In this document: piece after piece, positions 50,818-64,000 of the stretch
Layout: every line of letters starts with the position of its first letter
Position numbering within the stretch: position 1 is the stretch's first letter
Assembly: GCA_010405405.1 (NCBI GenBank)
Contig: MU004230.1
Coordinates: 4,172,282-4,236,281 of the forward strand
Length of the DNA stretch: 64,000 bases
Origin: Microthyrium microscopicum
Taxonomy: Eukaryota
Direction: 5' to 3'
Notes under the pieces: generated by a model
What the model was told of the DNA's origin: nothing
Databases searched by the model: none
What the model saw: only the letters and a program-made list of their open reading frames with translations
Position numbers and translations under genes: made by a program

Positions 50818-53427
50818 TCATGTCTTTTTGGCAACTGCGTGACAAAGTTCGACTTTGACTCCTGCTCCAGTCAATACGTCAATCCAAAGACGCTGAGTAT
50901 CGCTCAATCTGTCATTCTCGCTCTTGACTTCTGAAAACTTGATTTCTTTCTTTTCAACATGCCATAGAAATAGGTCCGGCATACCTCCTCCTCGCGTCCC
51001 GTATTCTTGGCAGAAAACCTTGCATATCGTGGCTAATGCATAGCCACTAAAGAGCTGGGATATCTCCAGAAGATCTTCCAATTCATATGCCCAGTCGAGA
51101 CCAACAACGCAAGTCTGTTTCTCCGAATTGGCATCCCAGACTTCTTTGATGATGCTCGGTGCCATGCCATTCTCGATCTGCACAAGTCGGTGGTTGATCT
51201 CTGACATTCTCGTGGGATAGAATGCGTCCGTGTGTAAATCCAACGGACAAGTTTGAAACGGTGTTTGGAAAACGTTTGGAACATATAGAAACATCACGTC
51301 AAAGAAGAGGTATGCAAACAGTGTCCTCGAGATGCGACCCTCGGAATGGTATCCTTTCCAACCTTGTGATCGATAGTGGCTAAGACACATGGCCTCCACG
51401 GAACATTCGCCATTCTCTTCCAAAGGATCGAGCCAAATTGTCTTGGTGCTTTTGAGGCTCTGCTTCAAGTCGCCACTATTTCGACGGCTAGATACGTCGT
51501 CCACATCTTGCTCTATTCGCACGCCCTCGACGTAGACCTCGACTGGTGCAGCTAGCCGTACATGTGAGAAGTCGTGTTGCTCGCGTTTTGGAATTCGGCA
51601 GGCCTTTTCAAGCTTCGTGATGCGCTTCTGTAAATCATGATGGTAGATGAGATGCACCATTGGATCTTCAATACCCTCTTCACATGTTTGTAAAGCAATG
51701 CGTTTCCACTTTCGCTTCAGTATGTCATCCACACGGCCATCTGAAGCGTGGATGGCAGCCAAATAATGTTCTTCAATGAGCGCCTTTCTTTGATACCAGG
51801 CGCCGCGTCTAGCATGATGGAATAGCCGTTGGTCTAATAACTCTGTGACAATATCATGTTGCTCTTGATGTCGCTTGAGCTTGTGCAAAACATGCAGCGC
51901 GGCTTTATGAATGATGCGGGTGTAAACCCAAGCCGGTGATAATCGTCGAAGATAAGCACCTTCACCGCTTTGGTAAGTCCCTTGGGACTCTTTGCTTTGC
52001 TCGTGAGCGACTAGTTCTCGCCAGCGAGGGAGTACAGAGTTATGGATCTCTATAACTGTTTGCAAACCCTCTTCCGTGGGCTTCCCATTCATTTCGAGTA
52101 TATTGTCCACTTTGTGCTGAGCGCGCAACGCCGCTTCAAATTCTAGGAGCAAGTCTCGGGACTCAAAGATGCTAGCAGACCTCGAAACAAAATATTCCGG
52201 AAAGTTCCTCTTGGCAATTCGTGCAAGTATCATTGTGGTCAAAGACTTTTCCGTCCACTCACTTGACCTATAGAACACCAGGTGGACTCTTTCGAAAAGA
52301 AGGAGGGGAGCCAGTGAAAGACGAATGCAAGGTCCCGTCTCGTCCAGTATTTTTCTCAGAAAGTGAGTATCCCGATTTGAGTCGATGTCTGGCGATTGCC
52401 GCCGCGAGCCATTTCCATTCTCATCGGTCTCAGAATCTTCTACGGCTGTTGAGACGGAGGTTCGGGAGGCATCGGTATCAGATCTCCGGAGCACTGCCTT
52501 GATTCCAACTTGTTGTTTACTGGCTTTTCGGAGACCTCTAGCGAGTTCAGCCTTATTTTTACCTTGAATTTTGGCCTCTTTTGCTAGAGCCTTGAGTTCG
52601 TCTAGTTTCAATAACGTTGTAGCCTCGTCCAGAGTGATGATCAAGTCTGAGCTATCCGCAAAGCAGAATTCTCGCTCGAGGTTTTGGTCCTCTTGCATAT
52701 CCAGGGCATCAGGAAAACTACTGGTAGGCGTGGTGTGTGGAGGAAGAATTCGTTTCTCCTGAAGCTCCTTGATTGGTCCCTCCAAATCCCCTATATCGTT
52801 GTAATATCGTAGTGACTTGGTTCGATGCCACGCCGATGTTTTCCGCAAGAAAAGACGGACATATCTAAGCAAAGTTAGCTGACTTTTAACGATGACAGAA
52901 ATGGAAACTTACAGGAACTGTGCTTCATAGCTCAACTCGTTCCAGTTCTTGAAAAGCACTCGCTCTGCCTCGCTGAATAAATGTTCTTCTTCGTCCAAAA
53001 CCGTTTCCAACGCCATATTGAAAGCATCGACATAGATGGAGCTTTTACCTGGAACCCATTTGCGACTGTTCAATCGATGGAGGGTGCCATCAGGTGCCTC
53101 TTCTTGATCCTTGGCAGCCTGAGATGATTCATAATGGTCAATGGCATCCTGATCCGTCTGTACAAGTGGAAGAGCAATCTCAAGTCCAGTGGGTCGGACT
53201 TTGTCCTGTAAATTCGTCCGTCCAGGCTGGGCTGTTTCTATCTCCTCATAAACTTCGTCTCCTGGCAAATCTGAACCGTACTCGGATCCTTCGTCTGATA
53301 ATCTCGGTTTCTTGGCATGACGGCCTTCTGCATTACCATCATCCGCATGATTTTCAGACAGATGGTGCTTGGTACGTAGCCCAAGCATTCTGTTGTGTTT
53401 GGCATCACTCTGGGGTCGCAATGTCAT
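50818..53427 (-). CDS. FAN1: Fanconi-associated nuclease 1 (VRR-NUC)
   Basis: Motifs LYVRLFLRK, a SAP-like LKLDELKALAK, SVEAMCLSHY..GWKGYHSEG, FQTPFQTCPLDL and the PD-(D/E)XK motif GGMPDLFLW...EVKSENDRLSDTQRLW. One intron; start codon approximate. Confidence 0.93.
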
Positions 53428-53492
53428 CGTTGGGACCAGATTGCGGTAATGGACCTGAGGAGAGACAAGCACTGAGAAACTAGAGTAGAGGT

Positions 53493-53543
53493 ACGCGTTG
53501 AGGTTCACGCGTCCAAATCGCGCTTTTACACGCGTTCACGTGA
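53493..53543. promoter_or_regulatory. Three MCB boxes (ACGCGT) plus an E-box (TCACGTGA) just upstream of FAN1
   Basis: ACGCGT at 53493, 53507 and 53530; CACGTG at 53537. Confidence 0.65.
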
Positions 53544-54252
53544 CTTGAATTATTGCACATCTCGAGGCTGTGCACAGATAATCTTCTTCATTGCTCAAGA
53601 ACACCGTTTTGCATTGCGAACTATAACATTCCATCCGTCTGTGAATATTCAAGACTTCCTGTCGATGAATAACGCCTTTGCATTCGCATTACCCTTCAGC
53701 TGCCAGTCCAAAAGCGCCACTGTCGCCTTTGCGTAACAACATCCATTGAGGTCGTAGTGGATGCAAAAGTCGTTGGCCCACATCATGATTTGCAATTTGA
53801 GATCAGCCGGCGGATTCTCTGGAGCATAGATAGTATGACCTGGAAGAGTTAGGTCGGTCATCATTTAACTCTATCGGACCCGTACTTTCTTTCTCGACTT
53901 AGAACAGAAAAGCAAAGTTTTCTCCAAGCCTAGATACTCTATCTACTAGTAGCTAATAGTTATAAACATATTCAACTACTATCGAATCATATGGTTCATG
54001 ATACCTATAGCCATGAGTTGTATAGTCCGAAGGCGAGAAAAGCAACGAAAGCAGTTAAACTTATTTCCATGCAACAAGTTCATTTTACAAAACAGCAGAC
54101 AAATATATATACAGGCCTCACACCAACAACGCCCGCTGATGCGAGAGCAAACATCTTTTAATAACGCAAATATCGAAGAAGATAAAGTAGCCACAACACC
54201 ATACCTCACTGAACCAATCCCCACCACCTACCAGCCTGAGCAAAGAGAGAAG

Positions 54253-57200
54253 CTAACGTGCGCCCTTAAACCACTTTGCAATCTCATCTCTACTCGCTGG
54301 CACACTGACAAAGTCGTCGCCGTACACTGGCTTTGGCTGCGTCTGGACCTTTTCAATCTCGCGTGCAAATCGTTCTTCACATGCACCTAGCACTTTGACG
54401 ACCAAGTTACGGCTAATCTCCTGCTCGTCAGCATCTCCGAAATGCTTTTCAACACGCTTGCGTAGCGCATCAACACCACGTCGTAGTTCGCGGGCGTCAT
54501 ACGCAGAGACAAGCTTCTTGAAAGTGCTCGGTGAAAAAGTTGGATTGGACGCGAGGTTTGATAGTGACGTGTGTGCACCCTTGGCTTCAATGGCATGATT
54601 GAGCGATTCCATAAAGTCCTACGAGTTGTTAGCAAATAATGGGCAAGAGAGCTGGAGGAAGATTTACCATGAGCTTGCCAAGTGGACGGCGGAGGACAGC
54701 GTCAACATAGAGTGATAAATGTTCATCGAGCTCGTCATTGGCCTTGGTCTTACCAGAGGATAGAACTTCGTTGCCGCGTGTATCAACATACTCAACGTAG
54801 TGGTTCATGTTCTCAATGAGTAGAATGTGATAATTCAGCGCTTCCTTGTCTTCGGGATCGTTAGACACTGCATGCGGCGCCGAAGATGGAGACTCTTTGG
54901 CAATGGCGCGTAAACTTTCGAACATCGCTTTGATGAGTTGTTGGTAACCTTGGTCGACTAGGGTTCGAACTTCATCAGCGACATTCTCTCGGTCTTCAGG
55001 GAGTAGATTTTCGACGTGGCCTGAGAAGCTGGGAAAGATCTTCATGAAGTAAATAACACCCTTGCGTTTCTTGATTTTAACCTTTGTGTCTTCGATAGCT
55101 CGGACTTGAAGGTTCAAGAATTTGGTCCAGTCATTGGTCAATTTTGTCGACAAAGAGTGAAGTGTCCGATAGAAAAAGCCATCTTCAACTCCATCCATAG
55201 CTTTATGTAAAGCATTTAAGATGCCGACACCTTGGAGTGGTCCCATGTTAACGGCCCAATTGACAAGATTTTGTAACTCGGTCGGTAGGAATGAAAACAT
55301 GTCTGACATGAGACCGGAAACAAGCTGATTCATTTCAGAATTAGGCTCGTATGTTTTACGGTGGAGATCGTGATTTCCTTGTCTATTTTCTGGTAAAGCT
55401 GCTTGAGCTGCTTCAACGAAATCCACAGTCTCGGTCGTAGAAGCATGGAAAAAGTCAACAATAAACGCCTGCTCGGTGAGCAAAAGGGGAGCGATATCTT
55501 GAATAGCATCGGCAACAGCGTCCGATGGGAATAGTGTACCAGTGCGACTATTGGATTGGCGGTTGGGCTTTTCACCAGAAGCAGCACGCAACGTTCGAGC
55601 CAGAGTTCCACTGCGTTTGACTGTAAGCTTGCGAGCACTAATAGCAAGCCCATCTGGCTGGTTTTCGTTGATGGTGAACAGCAAGTCTTGTTCCTCCCCA
55701 GCATTTCCTCGGGCCATCTTCTTACAGTTTTGGAATGTGCCATTCAAAGACTCCGAATAAACTGTTCTCATCTTGGTCTGATATCCGCTGATTAAATCAA
55801 GCCAGGAGTTCCGATCCATAGACTTGGCAAATAAAACCAGCGGGCTGTACTTCCAAAGAGTTGCTCGTCCGGCGTTGACATCAGATACTGTGATAGTGCT
55901 GGTAGAGTTGACTTTTGAAGGATCGTTCTTAGCATGGGATTCGATTTCCATGGCAGCTTGGCCATAAATGATGTCCATGTAGTTCTTGAAGCGGGTGAGA
56001 AATATTTGACTGGCATCAAGATAGCCATTGCGCTTCTCTTGAAGTGCTCGCATCTTGGAAAGTTGAGTGTATTCTGCCGCCTGTTCAGTGGCATTGCCTG
56101 TTCGAAGGGAAGGATCGGTCAGAACAAGAGCTTTGTAAAGTGACAACACTGCTCGCTCGACAGATTCTAGTCCTTCTAGGCTTATCACATTTGAGTTGTA
56201 AATGGGATCCATTTGCTGAGACGGAACGTTGACTGCATCCAAAAGATCTTGCAGCTCCGTCATCAGTAGCTTTTGGTTGGATGTTTGCACTTGTAGACCT
56301 TGTCCTTGCGCTTCAATATATGCAATATCGTCCGATAGACTCTGTAGAAAACATTAGTGGCTGCATCAAGAATATGCAATATGATCAAACTTACGCCTAG
56401 CTCAACACTGTAGATCGTGAGAAGCTTTTCAAGAACATCACATTCCTCTACTGCGTTGTCAATGAGTTTGATGGCAGCATTACGCTCCTCATCATGTAGA
56501 GCAATATGTTCAAACCAACTGCCAGTTTGGACTCTGGAGAGTTCTCGGCGAATTTCAGCCTGCAGGTTTTCTACAGGTTTGGTATGCCAAACATCTTGTG
56601 GCCAAAACTCTTCTAGCAAAGCCTCGTACTCTAGTCCTCTTCCCTCTAGAAGAGAGGAATCAACCCCGAGTCGATCCAAATACTTAAGTTGTTGAGGGGT
56701 TCGTCTAACTTTTCGTCTCGCAGCTTCTTCTTCTTCCGCTTTTGACTTTTGCTGGAGTTCTGCAGCCTTTTGTTGAAGGTCTGACATTTTGTTTGTTGTG
56801 GTTGTTGTGGCTGGAGCTGCCTTTGATAGATTGAGTGCGTTGGGCATTGGCTCATCCGGAGACTTTGGGCTTGTAACTTTTAGGTCAGGAAGACTTTTGG
56901 TTGCGGTAGCTGATGTTGGCGTCTGCTGGATGGAGTTTTGGTCTGAGTTGATAGTTTTCATACTCTCTGTGGTTTTTGTTCTGTTTAGACCTGGAGCGGG
57001 TACTACGCCCGTGATACCATCAGGTTCGTTTGTCTTGCTTTCTGTACCAGCTAGAAGAATCTTGGCAGCAGCGCCGCCAGCACGAGGTTTGAACGCCCCG
57101 TATGCATTAGCCGCTGACTTGAACATCTCTTTTGCGCTCTTCTTCTGACCTCCAAACATGCGACCAAGTCCAGGTCGGGAGATCCCGTCAGAATCCTCTG

Positions 57201-58863
57201 CTGGAGGTGAGGTTGCAGGCGTTGCTAATTTCTCGGGCTCTGAAGCTTTAGGTACTTCCTCTATTGGCTTTACCTCCGATGTAGTCCTCAGTGGCTCTAT
57301 AGGCTTCTCGATCTTTTCGGATATTGAGACTTTGCGAGAATTCATTCTTTCTGGAGACTTTGGCGGCACCTCCATGGCGGGTGGCTCAGGCGGAGTATGC
57401 TGGTCAAATGATCTGTTGCTTGGCTGCAAAGGTCTCGGCATAACAGCACCAGAATCGTTGCCAAATCTTGAATCATTCAGTGGTGGGCTGGCCATAGGCG
57501 GTCGTCGTCGTTCGGGAAGGGGGGTTGGGACTACTTGTGGAAGCGAATCAGATGACCCATTGGCTTGATCTACACATGTCAGTGGTAAATTTGTTAGCTG
57601 AGAAGTTGAACTTACATCTATCACCATTGACGGCCCGAAGCCCTCCAGCATTACTCGATATACCCAGACCATTTGATGGTGGACCATCTCGAGAACTAGG
57701 AGCCTCAGGCGGCTGGAAGAAACCACCTCCACGCCGACCACCACCACCTGGTCTGAGAGAATCAGGCGTGCCCTCGCGCTTAGGAGCGAGATCTATAGAC
57801 GATGCTTGCGGTGTTATACGTCCCGCAGTCGTCGGAGGAGTTTGAGAGCCATACGGTCGCATCTGATCCCTACTAGTTGCTTGTCGTAGTCCTTGCGGTC
57901 TCAACGAGTCTGGCGGCTGAATGGCCGGAGAGGAACGACCATCCTGGTTAAAATTTGCTCTTCGAGCACTCATTGGTGGCGGTTGAGCTGGAGGGCCGGA
58001 CCGTGGAGGAGATGGCTGAGGAACTGGGGAAATCGGACCTCGCGTAGAACCATTTGGGCTGAAGGGGCTTTTAACCCTGTTTGCTCCAGCTCCAAAAGAT
58101 TGTACTGAGCTAGGGGTCGCAGGTCCACTAGACCTCGTCTGATCAACTTGAGCCAGAACTTCGTCAAGCTCTCGGGGAGCAAAGCCTGAGAGTTGCGGTA
58201 ACTGTCCACTGGTGTATTTGTTGTAAACCTTAAGTAGGCTAGCAATGAAGTATATCTTTTCGTTCATCGAGTTGGTATGCCAGAAATATGGCTTTCCGAC
58301 TGTTACCATGAATCCGTTTTCTCCAGCCCATTGCGCCCATTGCTCTTCATCTTGGCCTTGGGGCTTGAAATCTGTAAACGACTGGACTGCAGATACTTCT
58401 TCAAAGTTCCAAGTCTTGCCAATGGAGAATGACCCGTTTGCATTTTCACGCGCCTTGTGCATACGAACTCTTCCAGTACTGCGAACAGCCAATATAATGA
58501 CGCGTTCTTTCTTATTCTCCGGTCCAGAACTGGGAGGAGGAGGTGATTGCGGGTGCCGACCGTCTTCGGTAATACGAATATGGGTGATATAGGATTCAGC
58601 AGCTATAATACGCTTAGTTGTGTCAGGGGCAGTGGAGTCACACGAAGCTTACGTTGACCATCCGGCTCGGTTTTTGCGAAGCAGCTTAGTATTATCTTTC
58701 GCTTGTCATCGGCGAACTTCTCGGCTCTAGTCATTTGCGAAGCTGGAGGGAGAGGTTGTGACGCGGGTGAGGAGATGGGAGGGGGACGTATTCCAGGACG
58801 CATGCCAGACGCTGGGCCGCTGGGAAGACCATATGGCCGACCATTGCGGCCAGGAGGGTCCAT
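54253..58863 (-). CDS. SEC3: Exocyst subunit Sec3
   Basis: N-terminal PH-like region AEKFADDKRKIILSCF...VRMHKARENANGSFSIGKTW, then EDTKVKIKKRKGV, DPEDKEALNYHILLIENMNHY and GVDALRKRVEKHF. Multi-exon. Confidence 0.93.
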
Positions 58864-59376
58864 GGCTGCCGTTTGAAGGTGCTAAAAATTGAGCGTTTTA
58901 GGATGTGCGACGGTTCATGACGAACAAAATTGAAGAGATGTGTTTTGGCACGGTCGAGAACTGGGCGGGAACGGGCAGCATCCAAACGAGATGTGCGCAA
59001 CAACGGATCGCGGCGGGTATCCAAGAGTAGCAGCGACGATAGAGTAATGGGGCGGAAGGAGAATACGATCGAAAGCAATGGCAATGGAGAGGAAGGTTGG
59101 TTTGATGGATGGTTGAAGCAACCTCGAACTGCCTATGAGAGCGTGATGCTGGTACATCAGAGTTGAGGCTGGCTAAGGCATTATTCTTGAAGGATCAGGC
59201 ATTAATTTATTCAAGCCTAGCCGCCTCGCACTAAAATTCTAGGATGGCACAGACCAATTAAAGCTTTTGATGTCTCTCCCACCACCCTGAAAAAAGTTTC
59301 TCCCACCAAATCCAAAGTCCGGCCCCAATATCAACACCACGCTTTTCACTCCAATACCACCAGCCAATCCGAAAGA

Positions 59377-61017
59377 ATGGGCAAGGGCAAGAAGAAAGGA
59401 AAGGCCAAGATCAAGGCCAAGGCCAAGCTTGCAGCAAGAGCCAAGGTCGCCGCAGCAAACTCAAAAAGCAAGATCCGCCAACGACAACAACACGCCCTCA
59501 CTCAGTCTGCAAACCCTGTTCTCCTGGACATTGTCTGCAATTTCCTCGAAGCCAATGGCTACAACTCAACCTCGAAAAAGATCCGCAAGAATTTGGTGAA
59601 AGATGCCACCAATGGTAGAACGAAAATCGAGACCGACAAGCCTATCCCAACTTTGACATCGGTCTTCGCTCAATGGGAGAAAGATCACCCCGAAACCGCA
59701 CCCATCTACCAGCCACACGTAAAACCAGACAAGGGCGAAAAGTACGCGGTACAAAAGGCCATGCGAGTCGCAAACCGAGAAGCTAAGGAAGCAGCCGCAG
59801 CGAAATCTGCTGGGAAGACACAGCCTGTGACAAAGAAGGACGAAGAATCGGATGCGGACAGCGAAAGCAATAGTGATTCGGAGGACAGTAGCGATTCCGA
59901 CTCGGAGTCAGAAGAAGAAGAGGAGAGCAAGGCCGAAGCGATTTCTGCCAAGAAACCAGATGTCAAGCCTGAACAGATTCCTCTTCCCAAGAGTGACTCT
60001 TCGGCATCCGACTCCAGCTCTGATTCGTCATCCGATTCTTCATCCGACGATGAAGCTCCTCCAGTGCCTAAAACCGCCGAGCCGACCAAGGTATTGAAGC
60101 GTAAAGCAGAATCTTCAAGCTCTTCTTCAAGTTCTGATTCGAGCTCCTCGTCAAGCTCCGGCTCTGATTCCGACTCCGATGCCGATAAAGCACCGGCTGC
60201 AAAGAAAGTCAAAGTTGAGGAAAAGGCTGAGCCTGTGAAGGATGTTGTCATGAAGGAAGCAAGCGAATCAACTAGTAGCTCTAGCTCTTCCGACTCTAGC
60301 TCCGACTCCGAATCCGAAGAAGACGTTGCAAAGCCTGCCACCCAAGAGAAGCCGATCGAGGTCAACAGCGACTCCAGTTCAAGTTCAGACTCTTCAGATT
60401 CGGACTCATCAGAAGACGAGGCCGCAGCTCCTGTCAAGGCCGAAAAGAAAGAACCAGCGAAAGTAGAAGTCAAAGACGAAGCAAAAGATGACAGTAGTAG
60501 CTCAGACTCATCCTCAAGTTCCGACTCCGACTCATCAGATTCTGATTCTGACGACGAAGCGGCCCCAGCAACTGCTGCTGCCGCCGTCGAGTCCAGCAGC
60601 TCCTCATCCTCTCCAACTTCATCCGAAGCTTCAGCCGCAAAGCAGCTAAAAGCCGAAGCCAAAGACAACGAAAGCAAATCCTCATCCAGCCACACCGTAC
60701 GCGTGTCACCAGAATTCAAGGCCGTCGACAGCAAGAAACGCAAAGCTTCGCCTGAACAACCCTCAGGCGTCGAAGAAACTGCTAAGCGGCCCAAAGGCGA
60801 AGAGCGGTTCCGGCGTGTACCTCTCGACACAGCCGTGGACCCACGATTCTCATCTAATGAATACAAAAGCTACGATTATGCCGACAAAGCGTACCAGGAT
60901 TTGGTTGTCACCAAGGGCAAGAACTTTACGAAGGAGAAGAACAAGAAGAAGCGGGGCTCCTATCGGGGCGGCGCGATTGATACGGCGGGTCAGGGTGGCA
61001 TCAAGTTTGAGGATTAA
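59377..61017 (+). CDS. SRP40: SRP40/Nopp140-like nucleolar phosphoprotein
   Basis: LisH-like LLDIVCNFLEANGY, alternating Ser/Asp-rich and Lys/Ala-rich blocks, and the C-terminal YADKAYQDLVVTKGKNFTKEKNKKKRGSYRGG..IKFED*. Confidence 0.9.
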   Translation: MGKGKKKGKAKIKAKAKLAARAKVAAANSKSKIRQRQQHALTQSANPVLLDIVCNFLEANGYNSTSKKIRKNLVKDATNGRTKIETDKPIPTLTSVFAQWEKDHPETAPIYQPHVKPDKGEKYAVQKAMRVANREAKEAAAAKSAGKTQPVTKKDEESDADSESNSDSEDSSDSDSESEEEEESKAEAISAKKPDVKPEQIPLPKSDSSASDSSSDSSSDSSSDDEAPPVPKTAEPTKVLKRKAESSSSSSSSDSSSSSSSGSDSDSDADKAPAAKKVKVEEKAEPVKDVVMKEASESTSSSSSSDSSSDSESEEDVAKPATQEKPIEVNSDSSSSSDSSDSDSSEDEAAAPVKAEKKEPAKVEVKDEAKDDSSSSDSSSSSDSDSSDSDSDDEAAPATAAAAVESSSSSSSPTSSEASAAKQLKAEAKDNESKSSSSHTVRVSPEFKAVDSKKRKASPEQPSGVEETAKRPKGEERFRRVPLDTAVDPRFSSNEYKSYDYADKAYQDLVVTKGKNFTKEKNKKKRGSYRGGAIDTAGQGGIKFED

Positions 61018-61416
61018 GCAGAGCGAGTATACTTGTGGGCGTTTGTGTCAAATTCGAAAAGCGATCATTAGATATCCAGGGGGCTGTGTTGAGTTATGTT
61101 GTGTACTAGCCTTCTCTTTTTGCTGTAGAAAGCTTGAATATAACATTTTTACATACCATATCCTTGCTAGAGGGCACATCAATGAAGTGATCTCCAATGC
61201 TTCAAGCCTTGAACCCTGTTTTGGACTATACTGGGTTACTCATCCAATCGGTAGCTTTCCATTAAATTTAAGGTAATCACGCACTAAAGCACCGGTATGA
61301 ATAGAGAGCAATAATAAGGGAGGGAAGTTTTCATCATATCATCATATTTGGTTTTCTTCGGTTTTTATGCACTATTCAGAGACACTGAAGTTTCTCAAGC
61401 CAAAGCAAACAGGCGG

Positions 61417-63030
61417 CTACTCTGTCTTCTTGGTGTACCTATCAAGTGTTAGAACATGATTGAATTCCTGGTCTGTTGGAACGACTTACTTCTTCACTAC
61501 ACGCTCAATCGCATCGAGGCCCTTGGCCAAGATATCCATCTTTGGTCCATAGGACAGACGAACGAAATCTACCTACTGTCAGTATAGCCCTAGAAGTTCT
61601 TCGATGGGATAACTTACGATGGCAAGGAGAGTCGAAAAGATCACGACGCTTGGCCGGATTCAAGTCAAAGAAGATACCAGGAACGACAATGACCTTCTCA
61701 TCCAAGCAAGCAGAGAAGAAATTCAGACCATCATTAATGGCATCTGGAAGTCCTCTCAAATCCAACCACAAGTAGAACGTGCTATTCGGCACCCGCTTAT
61801 CAGGGATATCAAAGCCCATCTCGCGCAGTCTCTTGATCACAAAGTCGCGCTTCATCTTGAAATGCTTCTGCAGCGCAACCATCTCATCCTTGACCAAGTT
61901 AGGTTCCAACATGGGCACAGCAGCTTCCTGCATAGCCACATTGGTGCCGCCATCCAGGTAACTACCACAGCTACCGATAGCCTTGATATACTCCTTTGGT
62001 CCCACAATCCAGCACACACGCCACCCCGGCAAACGGAACCGCTTCGTCAACCCATCAATGATAAGTATATCATCCTCATTAACGTCCTCAATATTTGTAG
62101 CCGCGCTGATCACGCCGCCATCGCAATCAGACGTGTAGTTGTAACCCCCATAAAACTCATCCATGATGAGCGTCGCGCGGTTCCGGCAGATGTTTTGGAT
62201 CTCGGCCAACTCGTCTTCGGTCATAACTTGGCCAGTTGGATTGCGAGGGTTCGATGTGAGGATGACGGAGGAGCCGCGCTGGATTTCCTCTTCGATTTTC
62301 TGTGGGTGGATGTGGTAGTTGTCTTCGGAGGAGAGGACGACGGGGATGGTGGCGAAGCCTTTGAAGAGCGTGAGCATCTCGTTGTAGGCGGTGTAGTCGG
62401 GGATGAAGAAACTGAGGAAACAGGTTCCTATGACGGCGGCGATGCGGATTAGGCCGGCTCGGCCGCCTGGGACGATGGCTGGGTGGTGTTAGCTGGGGAA
62501 GATACGAATGATGGGATGGTTCGAAGGAACTTGCCGACGTTTTCCCAGGTGTATTGGCTGTCTTTGCCCTTGCGGTGATGCTCGTTGTAGAGTCTGGCGA
62601 CGGCTGCTCGTAGACTCTTAATGCCGGCAGTTGGGCCATACTCGCGACCTTCCATTGTGATTGGGATAGATGTTGGGCGCTTGAAGCAGCCTGGAATATC
62701 GTCTTCGGCTTCTGGAGCTCCTTGTCCCAGATTGGCCCATGAACTCGGGTCGTCCATATATCCTCGCTCAAAAGCTCGCTCGGAACACCAGACGACTCCA
62801 GTGGAGCCTCTGGTAGGGTCCTGAAGAGCCATTAGTTCAGTCTCCTGTGGTAGAGGATTAGGACTGGTTTGAGCTCACCAGGCCGGCATGTGGCTTGTGT
62901 CCTTCATGACATTCTCGAAACTGCATATGAATAGCAGAGTTCTGCTCTGTAGGTTACAGTCAGATCAGCTTGGATATAGCACGTTCAGAATCATCCTACC
63001 ATTCACGGAAAAGCGGCGTGGAACAGACAT
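61417..63030 (-). CDS. PLP-dependent class I/II aminotransferase (aspartate aminotransferase-like), multi-exon
   Basis: Motifs WANLGQGAPE, YGPTAGIKSLRAAVA, SNPRNPTG, IMDEFY, the PLP-lysine motif GLTKRFRLPGWR and VIVVPGIFF. ATG at 63030; the last small exon is YTKKTE*. Confidence 0.9.
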
Positions 63031-64000
63031 CTTGAACCACTGAGTACTAAGATGTACTGCTTACGAGGCACTTGTTAGATGTGAAGAGGAGGGGCTGCGA
63101 TGTAAATCACAGCGACAGGACAAAGGCAGGAAGAAAAACCAGGAAGCAGGGCGGGTTATTAAATAAGGGTCTCGGGGTCGATCGATTTAGATCTGGTTTC
63201 AAGGCTTTCCCCAGTGACTGCTGCTTGCTCCTCAAGCTCCAACTTCGGATAGGCCCCCCAGAGCATAAAAGGGTCGAGCTACTTGCAAGTCTGCATCATC
63301 GCGCGGGCAAGCTGCAGCAACACACTTGCAACATGAAAGCTTGATTGGCTTGGATGGGAATAGTCTTCGTAAGAGGTAGGGAATGTCACTGAAATGCTTT
63401 TTTCTCTGCGTGGGCCTTTTGGCTGCCAGTGGACACCTTCATGTTGCTTATCACGGAAGCTGGTTTTGCAGCTCTCATCCGACCATCCAGGCGTCGCAAT
63501 GAGGGGTTGAATTCAAGGCCCAGGGTGATGGGACTATGACGTGGGGGCGATGTTTAAGGGTCTCGGGGAAGCGATGAAGATTGTTGGCAGTAAGATGCTC
63601 ATCTGAGATGGCATAGAGTATTGGATGGAAGTGACAGTTTGAGGTCGTAGAGCTGGAGATTGGGCACTATCTGTACGACTCTTTCAATACTCAGTAGTAG
63701 CTATCTTTAGTCCAAGCAAACAAACTACCAAGCTGAGCAAAGCTCGTCTTGGCTGTAGTCTTGCTACACATGGAGAGATATGCGGCCAAGGATTATCTCA
63801 GTTTCTCTAGAGTCATTATTTTACTGCAAGGCAGGCGGGGATAAATCAACACCCAAGACTACGGAGTCCTTGAAACGGGTCTGGACCCTTGTGGATGATC
63901 GCAAGCAACTTGCGCAATAGTCCCAAGGCGGAATAGCTTCTGATGCTTTTCTCAATGGAGATGGAAGGCTGGCTGACGCTGGGAGGCTGTTATGTGGCGC

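Noticed and set aside
59706..60866. 386-aa antisense ORF
   Set aside because: It is the mirror of the low-complexity Ser/Asp repeats of the SRP40-like gene and has no independent coding features.
3514..61017. Apparent grouping of RNA-metabolism genes (ARS2, RRM protein, SMG6-like, CEG1, MRH4, SRP40)
   Set aside because: They are interspersed with unrelated housekeeping genes, and this functional class is common. There is no evidence of a cluster.
61619..62452. 277-aa plus-strand ORF
   Set aside because: Antisense shadow of the aminotransferase exon caused by codon bias.
1..64000. tRNA, rRNA, TPP riboswitch, CRISPR array, telomeric tract, transposase or reverse transcriptase
   Set aside because: No diagnostic motif was seen on manual reading. 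A tRNAscan-SE/Infernal/repeat scan is needed to exclude small or diverged elements.

Overview
Eukaryotic, intron-containing DNA from a filamentous ascomycete (Pezizomycotina, possibly Dothideomycetes; the taxon is inferred). Introns are mostly ~45-60 nt GT-AG with CTAAC/CTGAC branch sites. About 20 protein-coding genes can be reconstructed, mostly conserved housekeeping genes: a PX-domain protein, Ars2, TspO, a Gly-rich RRM protein, IPP1, MRPL44, SEC20, ERG1, CEG1, PDS5, MRH4, ChaC, FAN1, SEC3, an SRP40-like protein and a class I/II aminotransferase. Several hypothetical genes are also present. I recognised no tRNA, rRNA, CRISPR array or intact transposon. The most notable segment is the gene-poor interval between SEC20 and ERG1 (~22.2-35.8 kb). 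It holds a C2H2 + EST1 + PIN (SMG6-like) gene whose PIN domain appears only after splicing, and a convergent spliced orphan gene. Each of the two genes has a dense AGGCA (ACE1/SltA-type) motif cluster upstream, and two introns of the SMG6-like gene are unusually long and form hairpins. Other points are a structured 162-nt TspO intron (possible introner-like element), a 5-nt microexon in ChaC, a dual-start IPP1 and MCB-box clusters. All family calls come from recognising motifs by eye, not from database searches.
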